DNA from: Desulfobacterales bacterium
GTDB lineage: Bacteria > Desulfobacterota > Desulfobacteria > Desulfobacterales > UBA2174
Direction of reading: 5' to 3'
DNA: 64,000 nt
Assembly: GCA_963668645.2 (NCBI GenBank)
Contig: CAXXWC010000021.1
Location: forward strand, 160,001-224,000
Position numbers and translations under genes: made by a program. The notes below the pieces were generated by a model that ran no database searches, was not told the origin of the DNA, and saw only the letters and a list, made by a program, of their open reading frames with translations. The first letter of the stretch is position 1, and every line of letters starts with the position of its first letter. This document shows, piece after piece, positions 10,042-17,843 of the stretch.

Positions 10042-10589
10042 AATTTGATTCTATTTTTTCACCTTTTAGGATGTTTGTCTTATTTTTTGCCTTTTTAAGT
10101 TCTTCTCAAAACCTCCATCGTTATTTCCCCATCCCCCCCCAAACTATTAAGCCCCAGTACCCTTTGCTTAGACATCCCGTTGATCATGGCCATAAACGAG
10201 GAACGTTGTTGACTATATGAACTTCTTCCAAAGACACTAACGTACATTAAGCATCAATTCGGCGAAACTACAGATTAATGGTAATAATCTTCATCCCCAC
10301 TTGCGATTCTCCGACAGACGACATTTTCCATAGCCAAAAACAACAAGACCCCATCCGCCAATTTTCCTGGCAATTGGGGTCTTTGATGGGTACAGCACTC
10401 ATGGCTCCTCCCGTTTTAAGTTTGATTAATTCAGCAGCCCATAGCAAAACAATAAACCAAAGTCAATATATAGCGTTTATTCGAAAACGGTACATTTCCA
10501 TCCCGTCGGGTGTTCTCGCTCTTTTTCAACCCTCGAATACTCTAACGGAAGATTGGCCTTTGAGTATGTTTCCGGCGAGCGTTTCGAAC

Positions 10590-10705
10590 CGCTTCGATCA
10601 TGGGCCGGTGGGCTTTACCCGCCACGGCAACCACATGCCACGCCTGGAGATTGCCGCCTGAAGCGGCCCAGCAGGCATCCTCAAGAATCGCCTCGACCGT
10701 GCCGA
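10590..10705 (-). pseudogene. short diverged fragment of a nitroreductase gene
   Basis: Aligns by eye with 13880-13995, e.g. CACATGCCA..CTGGAGATTGCC.CCTGAAGCGGCCCA...TCAAGAATCGCCTCGACC, encoding ASGGNLQ.WHV.AVAG. Confidence 0.7.
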
Positions 10706-10812
10706 ACGAGTGTCACTGGTAATGCAAAAATGTACCAAAAAAGGGAATGAATAAGTGTACCACCTCCGTGGCCGGATCATGGTAGGACCCTCCAAGAAAG
10801 GAGGGCTTCGCC

Positions 10813-12087
10813 ATGATCGCAAGGGAGGTCTTCATGGACATTCTTTCCTATTACCGCCAAGGGTTGTCTCAGCGAGCCATCTCGCGAAAGCTTGGCATTC
10901 ACCGCGACACGGTAAAAAAGTATATCTCTCAGCCCCAGGCGCCGGAGTACTCAAAAACCAGCAAAAGGGAGTCGATCCTGGCGCCGTTCTACCAGATGAT
11001 TGAAGACTGGCTGGCCCAAGATGACTATCGGGCTGCCTGGATCTTCCAGAGGATCAAAGATCTTGGATATTCAGGCAGCTACGATACGGTCAAGCCGTTT
11101 GTGCGATCCATCAAAGCCCGCAACCGGCGCCAGGCCTACCTGCGCTTCGAGACCGTGCCCGGGCTCCAGGGGCAGGTCGATTGGGGCGATTTCAAGGTCA
11201 GTGCGGCCGGCGCCGTGGATCTGACGCTTTACCTCTTTGTCCTCGTATTAGGCTTTTCGCGCGCCATGTATGCCGAATTCGTCAGCCAATGCACCCTCCA
11301 AGCATTCATGGATGCCCACATACACGCCTTTAAATACCTGTGCGGTGTGCCTTTCGAGCTGCTCTACGACAACATGCGCAACGTCTTTTCCGGCCGTCAG
11401 AACGCAAAGCCGGTCATCAACGTCGAGTTTACGCATTTTGCCAACCACTACGGTTTCAAGCCGATCCTCTGTGCGCCTTACAGCCCCTGGGTCAAGGGAA
11501 AGGTGGAACGGCCGATGGACTACATCCGCGAAGCCTTCTGGAGAGGCTACCGCTTTACCAGCCTGGAGGCGGCCAACCACGATCTTCTACAGTGGCTTTC
11601 CCAGACGGCCAACCGGCGCACACACGGCACCCACCGCCAGCCGGTGGACATGCGCTGGCAGCAGGAGGTCAAGAGCCTCAGCCCGGTCATGCCCGACTAC
11701 GACACCGCCATCAAGGTCTATCGCAAGGTCTACAAGGACTGCATGGTCTCCTACAACGCCAGCCGCTACCAAGTCCCTCCGGAAGCGGTGGGCAAGAAAG
11801 TGTTGTTGAAGATCAAAGACGGCGCCGTGCGGATTTACGACGACGACCGGCTGCTCAAGACCTATGCCCAGAGCGATGAAAAGGGCCGATGGATGACCGA
11901 TCCGGCCATCATCAAGCAGATCCTCGATCTGCGCCGCGAACAGCCCTGTCAGCCGCCCTACGGCCGCCCCAAGGGCAAAGCCACCCGCGGCCTAGTCAAC
12001 GCCAGTCTCTTTCCCCAGGTAGCCTGTCGGCCGCTGTCCGAGTATGAACAGTTTGCCCAGAAAGGAGGCGGGGTATGGACCAGCTGA
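10813..12087 (+). CDS. istA: IS21 transposase IstA
   Basis: N-terminal HTH; motifs RFETVPGLQGQVDWG, LYDNM, KGKVER. Confidence 0.95.
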   Translation: MIAREVFMDILSYYRQGLSQRAISRKLGIHRDTVKKYISQPQAPEYSKTSKRESILAPFYQMIEDWLAQDDYRAAWIFQRIKDLGYSGSYDTVKPFVRSIKARNRRQAYLRFETVPGLQGQVDWGDFKVSAAGAVDLTLYLFVLVLGFSRAMYAEFVSQCTLQAFMDAHIHAFKYLCGVPFELLYDNMRNVFSGRQNAKPVINVEFTHFANHYGFKPILCAPYSPWVKGKVERPMDYIREAFWRGYRFTSLEAANHDLLQWLSQTANRRTHGTHRQPVDMRWQQEVKSLSPVMPDYDTAIKVYRKVYKDCMVSYNASRYQVPPEAVGKKVLLKIKDGAVRIYDDDRLLKTYAQSDEKGRWMTDPAIIKQILDLRREQPCQPPYGRPKGKATRGLVNASLFPQVACRPLSEYEQFAQKGGGVWTS

Positions 12088-12860
12088 TTAGCGACCGTCT
12101 GCGGGACAATCTGCAGCGGCTCAAGCTCACCCAGGCGGCTGATGTTCTGGACTCGGTCCTCTCCCAGGCCGAGGCCGAAAAGGGCTCGTACCTGTCGTTC
12201 CTCGACCACCTGCTGGAGGAGGAAGTCGCGGCCAAGGAAAAGCGCCGGGTGCAAACCGCCATGAAAACCGCCGGCTTGCCGGCCGCCAAAACCATCGACG
12301 CCTACGACTTTACTTTCCATCCGGATCTGAACAAAAAGGAGGTGATGACCCTGTTCGATTTGGACTTTATCGCCAAGCATGAAAATGTGATCTTTCTCGG
12401 GCCGCCGGGGGTGGGTAAAACCCATCTGGCCATCTCGCTGGCGACCAAAGCGTGCCATCACGGTTTCAAGGTCTATTTCACCACGATGGACACGCTGATG
12501 CGCAAGCTCAAGGAATCGCAGTCCCGGCACAAGGCCTATCTGACCTCGCCGCTGGTGGTGGTCGACGAGGTGGGCTATCTGCCCATCGACAGCCGGGAGG
12601 CGTATCTGTTCTTCCAGTTCGTCTCCCATCGCTACGAGCGCAGCTCGACGATCATTACCTCGAACAAGAGCTTTATCGACTGGAAGGAACTGTTCGGCGA
12701 CCAGGTGATCGCCACGGCCATTCTCGACCGGCTGCTGCACCACTGCCGCGTGGTCAACATCAAAGGACACAGCTATCGGCTCAGGAAACACAATTTTTCA
12801 AAGAACGAGTTCGGACGCCACCCGGTTCCGCCGGCAGCGGCCCAGGAGGCACGGAATTAA
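12075..12860 (+). CDS. istB: IS21 helper ATPase IstB
   Basis: GPPGVGKTHLA, VVDEVGY, IITSN, AILDRLLHH; overlaps the end of istA. Confidence 0.95.
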   Translation: MDQLISDRLRDNLQRLKLTQAADVLDSVLSQAEAEKGSYLSFLDHLLEEEVAAKEKRRVQTAMKTAGLPAAKTIDAYDFTFHPDLNKKEVMTLFDLDFIAKHENVIFLGPPGVGKTHLAISLATKACHHGFKVYFTTMDTLMRKLKESQSRHKAYLTSPLVVVDEVGYLPIDSREAYLFFQFVSHRYERSSTIITSNKSFIDWKELFGDQVIATAILDRLLHHCRVVNIKGHSYRLRKHNFSKNEFGRHPVPPAAAQEARN

Positions 12861-12932
12861 CCAGCGCGGTGGTACACTTTTATTTTCCCATAACTGGTAC
12901 ACTTTTCATTCCCATTGACAACGAGGCCCCCG

Positions 12933-13385
12933 TCACATCAAAGCATCGGCATCCGCCATGGAGCACCCGACTCTTTCGAACTCCTTTTCCAGTCCCATAA
13001 AAACCGCCACCACGGCCGGATCGAACTGGGTGCCGCTGCCCTGTTGGATGATGTCGCAGCATTCTTTGTGGGATAAGGCTTCCTTGTAGCAGCGCTTGGA
13101 ACGCAAAGCGTCGTAGACATCCGCCAGTGCCATGAGACGGGCGGCCAAAGGGATCTGCTCTTCTTTGAGCCCGTTGGGATAGCCGCCGCCATCCCAGCGC
13201 TCGTGATGGCTCAGGGCGATGGCAATGCCCATCCCGATGAACGCGTTTTGGGGATAAATGCCACGAACCGCTTCCATGGTGCCGGCCCCCACGACCGTAT
13301 GCCATTTCATGGTTTCGAACTCCTCGGCCGTGAGGCGGCCCGGTTTGAGCAAAACCCGGTCGGGGATGGCCACCTCGGCGATGGT
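12933..13385 (-). pseudogene. 3' fragment of an HD-GYP phosphodiesterase gene
   Basis: HHERWDGGGYP and ADVYDAL are present. The upstream HDIGK motif is missing (reads TIAEVAIPD), and the fragment abuts the nitroreductase stop. Confidence 0.75.
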
Positions 13386-13387
13386 TT

Positions 13388-14062
13388 TTACTCAAACCCC
13401 TGAAACCGCGCGAACTCATCTACCGCTACGCGCTTGGATCGCAGCGTGTTGACGGCGGCGTCAGGATCGCGGAATCCAAGCGCCATGCCGCAATATACCT
13501 GGAGCGGTTTTTCCACGCCCAGCACCGCGCCAACGGTTTTCGCGTGCATGGTCCATGCCTCTTGGGCGCAGGTCGAAAGCCCGCGGGCCTGGGCCGCCAG
13601 CATGAGCGCCATCATGAACATCCCCAGATGTGCCCATTGATTGGGGTTCATGCGCTCGTCGATTGCGTAGAACAGCCCTACCGGTGCGCCGAAAAACTCG
13701 TAGTTGCGCGTCAACCACTGGAGGCGCCCGGCCTTGTCTTCTCGCGGTATGCCGAGCAGTGCGTACATCTGCTCTCCCAGTTCATAGCGGCGGGTCCGAT
13801 ACGGCTCCCACAAGTGGGCCGGATACATGGGAAAGGCGTTTTCGTCCGTAAAGGGGTCGCGTACGAGTTTGGCCTTGACCGCTTCGATCACGCGCCGGCG
13901 GGCTTCACCCGCCACTGCAATCACATGCCAGGGCTGGAGATTGCCTCCTGAAGCGGCCCATCGGGCCTCTTCAAGAATCGCCTCGACCATGCCGCGCGAG
14001 ACCGGATCGGGCTTGAAGGCGCGCACCGAGATTCGTTGTTTGATCGCGTCGATGACTTCCAT
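13388..14062 (-). CDS. nitroreductase family protein
   Basis: MEVIDAIKQRISVRAF...AASGGNLQPW...FFGAPV...AQARGLSTC. The real start is probably ATG 14062. Confidence 0.9.
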   Translation of the reverse strand: MEVIDAIKQRISVRAFKPDPVSRGMVEAILEEARWAASGGNLQPWHVIAVAGEARRRVIEAVKAKLVRDPFTDENAFPMYPAHLWEPYRTRRYELGEQMYALLGIPREDKAGRLQWLTRNYEFFGAPVGLFYAIDERMNPNQWAHLGMFMMALMLAAQARGLSTCAQEAWTMHAKTVGAVLGVEKPLQVYCGMALGFRDPDAAVNTLRSKRVAVDEFARFQGFE

Positions 14063-14164
14063 AGATTGAAGATCCTTTGCAATGACCAGCGGGTGTGGAG
14101 ATGGACTCGATCCAATCCCTCGCCGGTCGGTTAAAGACAGCCCCAGCTTATTTCTCTCATATCT

Positions 14165-14320
14165 GATGCTTTCGTAAAAAGTCCGGAAACCGTCATGCCG
14201 GACTTGATCCGGCATCCATAAACCTCTGTGATTGATAGATTCCTGCTTTCGCAGGAATGACATATAAAAGGCAAAAGGAATTACGTACGAAAGGCAAATC
14301 GGACTTTTTACGAGGTAATC
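14165..14320. mobile_element. 156-bp MITE-like element with internal palindromes
   Basis: TIRs GATGCTTTCGTAAAAAGTCCG / CGGACTTTTTACGAGGTAATC, with a 6-bp direct repeat ATATCT at 14159-14164 and 14321-14326. Internal hairpins ATGCCGGA-CTTGA-TCCGGCAT and ATTCCTGC-TTTC-GCAGGAAT. Confidence 0.75.
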
Positions 14321-14336
14321 ATATCTGATTTTTAGT

Positions 14337-14864
14337 CTATTCAAACCAGTCCGGGCACTGCTCGTGAATAAAATCCTTCATTTCCATTTTATCTTCTTTG
14401 TTACGGCCTTTCCCCCACTTTTTCAATACAGATCGAAAAATCTCCCCTGGAATGTCAGTGGCCCAATTCTTGAATTCTGATTCGGATTCTTTCTCATATC
14501 TGTATATACCTTTCAAGACTCCCATGCAATAAAACATAGCCTCTTGATGCATTTTCAGATCCAGCAATCTTTGCATCTCTTTCGCATATGGATCCATCAC
14601 CTCTTCAATCATTTCGAACGACATATCCTCTGGTGAGGTATAGCCATCTCTACTTGAACCCGAACGATCCCACAGCTCATGGACATCAATTCCATCCAAA
14701 TCAAAAAACACAACTTCACAAATCTCATCAACATCAACATCTCTGATCGACTTTTCTGCCAATTCAACAATTTTCTTTTTCAACTCCTTGTCTTTTTTAG
14801 CTAATTGGCGAAGTATTTCTAAAGCCTCATCAGGGGAAATCCTGTTGAAAATATCATCCTTCAT
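14337..14864 (-). CDS. hypothetical acidic protein
   Basis: 175-aa ORF with a GGAGG RBS and lower GC than its flanks; family not recognised. Confidence 0.75.
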   Translation of the reverse strand: MKDDIFNRISPDEALEILRQLAKKDKELKKKIVELAEKSIRDVDVDEICEVVFFDLDGIDVHELWDRSGSSRDGYTSPEDMSFEMIEEVMDPYAKEMQRLLDLKMHQEAMFYCMGVLKGIYRYEKESESEFKNWATDIPGEIFRSVLKKWGKGRNKEDKMEMKDFIHEQCPDWFE

Positions 14865-14967
14865 GTTCTTCTTCCTCCAGTGGAAAGTTTGCCCGGGCCT
14901 TCTATGTCCTTAACTGCAGATCCCTCGTCGTTCCTCCTCGGCATGACTCGGAAGGGGATTATGATCT

Positions 14968-15105
14968 TCAATTCGCTTTGATCGCTCCGAAAGCGGCAAA
15001 ACAGGAATTTTTATGCAAAAGCTCGACCCTGCGAAAGCCCACTTTCCGTAAAAGTTCCAATTGAAAAGTAACCGGCCTTGGGGAATCTTCTTTATCGATG
15101 GGTTG
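14968..15105 (-). pseudogene. C-terminal remnant of a class I SAM methyltransferase
   Basis: IDKEDSPRPVTFQLELLRKVGFRRVELLHKNSCFAAFGAIK resembles CmoA-like methyltransferase C-termini; no matching N-terminus. Confidence 0.55.
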
Positions 15106-15109
15106 GGTG

Positions 15110-15706
15110 TCATGACAGACGCGGTCCTCTGGTTGCAAGAAACTCACCATTGCCAACCGGCACCGTGCATGTGGTGAACTCGTGATCCACGGATACCACG
15201 GTGATAAAAGGTGCCATTTCGTTTGCATGCGAGACGGCATTGTCCACAACGAGAAGTCCTCCGTTGCGCAAAATTCGCCTCAGATCGGACCACCATCGTA
15301 CGTATTCAGAGCGCTCCGAATCGAGAAAGATCAGGTCAAAGCTGGAATCGTCCATGTGCCTGATCAGCCCTCCGGCCTCACCGTGCAGTTGGGTGATGAG
15401 GCGGGAAAGACCGGAGCGCTCGAAATTCCTGGCGGCCATCCCGACCTTCATGTCCGAGACCTCGATCGTGATAACGTGCCCATCAACAGCCAGCGCCGCC
15501 TGGGCGAGCCAGAGGGTCGAATAGCCGTTTGAGGTTCCGACCTCAAGCACACGCCGGGCGTTGGCAGCCCGAACGAGTACGACCAGAAACTCTCCGGTGT
15601 CGCGGGTTATATTCAACATACGACGAGGATAATCGGCGTTGGCGGCATCGTTGCTCCGGCCGAATTGCTCCAATTCACTCAGCAGCTCTTGCAGCGGGTT
15701 ATTCAC
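15110..15706 (-). CDS. O-methyltransferase (Methyltransf_3 type)
   Basis: VLEVGTSNGYSTLW, FDLIFLD, GGLLVVDN; GTG start after AAGGAG. Confidence 0.88.
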   Translation of the reverse strand: MNNPLQELLSELEQFGRSNDAANADYPRRMLNITRDTGEFLVVLVRAANARRVLEVGTSNGYSTLWLAQAALAVDGHVITIEVSDMKVGMAARNFERSGLSRLITQLHGEAGGLIRHMDDSSFDLIFLDSERSEYVRWWSDLRRILRNGGLLVVDNAVSHANEMAPFITVVSVDHEFTTCTVPVGNGEFLATRGPRLS

Positions 15707-15719
15707 GAAAGATCTCCTT

Positions 15720-16436
15720 TTACAATCCCTTGTGATCGCGCCAATGGGCATATTCGTAGGGCCATTCATTACGGCGCCAACCGATCAGGGCCGCCATGCG
15801 CCCGCGAAACACCTCCATGCGCCTGTCCACCCAGCGGTAGCGTTTCTTAGCCCTCCAGGCGTCCACCAGGCGCCGGCCAAGACTGTAAGCCCGCTCCTGC
15901 ACCTCTTCGGTAAAGCCGCCGTCCGGCATCTCGGCCATGGTGGCGTAGACCGCCCCCACCGGATGGATGCCGGTCGTGATCAGGAATTGGCTCAGATAGT
16001 CGGAGATCATCTTCTCGGGCCCGCCGCCCGAGGTAATCACCGCGGCCCCGTAGCGGCCCTCGAACCCAAGGCAGTGGATCACCCCGCAGCAGCGGTCGAT
16101 AAAGGCCTTGAGCTGGGCGCTGACGTGGTTGATGTAGTTGGGGGTGGCCAGGATCAGGCCGTCGGCGGCCAGGATGCGTTCCTTGATGGCGGCAAAATCG
16201 TCCTTTTGCGGGCAGCGGCCCTCGATGTGGCAGCGGTCGCAGGCCCGGCAGGGGCGCACGGTGGATCCAGTCAGAAAGACGGTTTCAGACAACGCCCCGC
16301 GGCTTGCAGCGCCCAGCAGCACTTCTTCGAGCAGGCCGGCCGTGTTGCCCCGCCTGCCGTGCGGGCTGCCCACCAGGCAGACGATCTTCATGGGCGTGTT
16401 CGCGACACGGACCGAACCGGCAGGTGCATCTCTCAT
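15720..16436 (-). CDS. iron-sulfur flavoprotein / NADPH-dependent FMN reductase family protein
   Basis: GSPH..GNT, CRACDRC-x5-C, ATPNY, LKAFIDR. Start is 16436 or 16391. Confidence 0.88.
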   Translation of the reverse strand: MRDAPAGSVRVANTPMKIVCLVGSPHGRRGNTAGLLEEVLLGAASRGALSETVFLTGSTVRPCRACDRCHIEGRCPQKDDFAAIKERILAADGLILATPNYINHVSAQLKAFIDRCCGVIHCLGFEGRYGAAVITSGGGPEKMISDYLSQFLITTGIHPVGAVYATMAEMPDGGFTEEVQERAYSLGRRLVDAWRAKKRYRWVDRRMEVFRGRMAALIGWRRNEWPYEYAHWRDHKGL

Positions 16437-16619
16437 CCTCCCCTCCTGCTTTGCCTCAATTGAGCTCAAGTGCTCAGAACGAGAACTATGGTCTCTTGCT
16501 GACACCCAGGCTGAATAATGACAATTATGGACTTCTAATCGCACCTTGGAAAATGTTTTTTCCTCCGGCGGTTTTTGTCCCGCCTGTGCCTGGAACTGCG
16601 GATGCCTCGTCGTCCCACC

Positions 16620-16805
16620 TCGGCATGACAAACGAGGAAGAGACGGGATGACAAAGAAAGAATGGAACGAAATGACACGCGATGAAGGGCGCGGCATGAC
16701 ACACCACGATGAGGCAACGGCGTGGCATGCGAATAGAGGTGCGGCGTGGCATGCGAGGAAGGCCGAGGCCAGTCATGTGATGAAAGGCGCAGCATGACAC
16801 GCAAG
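16620..16805. repeat. degenerate ~24-bp tandem repeat (ATGACA/ATGCGA core)
   Basis: Core ATG at 16625, 16648, 16672, 16696, 16727, 16751, 16775 and 16794. Confidence 0.5.
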
Positions 16806-17183
16806 GAATGTAAAGGCTTGCCGAAACGCCGCTTCAGCGCCTAGTATTCTGAAATGACACAGTTTCGTCCCTGCCTTTTGGCCTCGTACAGCCTTTCATC
16901 CGCCCTATGGAACCACAAAACGGTTGGATTCTGTAAAATCAGTATGTTATCCGATTATTTTTGCCATACTTGATCATATTTTGCGATTCTCAAGGAGCCT
17001 GTGCTTTCGTTTTCCGGGGTGTCGGCTTTGCGTCTAACTCATAGAAAACACATGTAATGATTGTCATTTACGATAGATGGCTATCCTCTTTTTCGTTCTT
17101 GTCAAATCGTCCATTTCTTGATAATGTATTGCATATATGCCCGGTTGCGGCGATAACCTGCAATACTTTATCGGGAGGGCGAT

Positions 17184-17843
17184 ATGGATGGTTCGACCGA
17201 GGTTTCCCAGCGTCTCGCGGTCCTGTTCAAGCAGCATCCATGCTGGATGATCGGGCCGCTGAGCCAACAGATGGACTACTCGATTCCATCAACCCGGCGA
17301 TTTCTGGCCCAGAACGGCTACTACAGCAGTTTTACGCACAACGGACGATGGTATACCCTGCGTTCGATTCCTCGCTTTTCGCGCGAAGGACTGTGGTTTT
17401 ACCACGACATCGGCTTTTCCCGGGCCGGCAGTCTGACCCGTACGCTGGTGGCCCTGATCGATGCCAGTCTGGCAGGGATGAGCGCCGAAGCGCTCGGCCA
17501 AAAGTTGCGCTGCCGTTGTCATTCGGTTCTGGTCGGGTTGTACCGCCGCGGTCTTGTCCAGCGCCAGCGCCAGGGACGCGCGAACGTTTACCTGGCCAGC
17601 AATGCCAGGACCGCCGAGGCGCAACGTCGTGTCCTGGAAGCGCCCGTGGCGGCGGTGCTGCCAGCCGAGATTGCAGTGATGGTGCTGGCCGAATTCATCC
17701 GCAAGCCGTCAGCCGAGCCGGCCGAGTTGGCCCGCCGGGTGTCGGCCCGGGCCGCCGTGCGCATCAAGGCCGACCAGATCCGGGCGCTGTTTGCGCAGCA
17801 CGGTTTAAAAAAAATGCTGCCGTTGCGGCCATCGGCCTCCTGA
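17184..17843 (+). CDS. IS OrfA (219 aa, putative DNA-binding/accessory protein)
   Basis: GGGAGG RBS; ends just after a TTTAAAAAAAAT run; identical translation in both copies. Confidence 0.75.
   Translation: MDGSTEVSQRLAVLFKQHPCWMIGPLSQQMDYSIPSTRRFLAQNGYYSSFTHNGRWYTLRSIPRFSREGLWFYHDIGFSRAGSLTRTLVALIDASLAGMSAEALGQKLRCRCHSVLVGLYRRGLVQRQRQGRANVYLASNARTAEAQRRVLEAPVAAVLPAEIAVMVLAEFIRKPSAEPAELARRVSARAAVRIKADQIRALFAQHGLKKMLPLRPSAS

Larger units (their letters stand above)
10711..12920 (+). mobile_element. IS21-family insertion sequence, 2210 bp, 5-bp target duplication ACGAG
   Basis: Ends TGTCACTGGTAATGCAAAAATGTACCA / TGGTACACTTTTCATTCCCATTGACA, with second internal repeats at 10743-10763 and 12869-12889. 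ACGAG occurs at 10706-10710 and 12921-12925. Carries istA and istB. Confidence 0.95.

Noticed and set aside
10138..10185. Possible attC just upstream of zorA (CCCAAAC..TAAGC..GCTTA..GTTGATC)
   Set aside because: Only about 48 bp with poor box spacing; kept only as a candidate core site.
10278..10661. 127-aa plus-strand ORF
   Set aside because: It spans the junction, is antisense to the nitroreductase fragment, and has no RBS or recognisable motif.
14063..14344. N-terminal extension of the nitroreductase ORF
   Set aside because: It runs through the MITE; the family N-terminus and RBS are at 14062.
16620..16805. CRISPR array
   Set aside because: The repeats are short and degenerate, there are no unique spacers of CRISPR length, and no cas genes are present.
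17057..17806. N-terminal ~250 aa of the listed 863-aa ORF (and its twin at 24641-25390)
   Set aside because: It overlaps OrfA in another frame and has Arg/Pro/Gly-rich non-protein-like composition; a -1 frameshift explains OrfB better.
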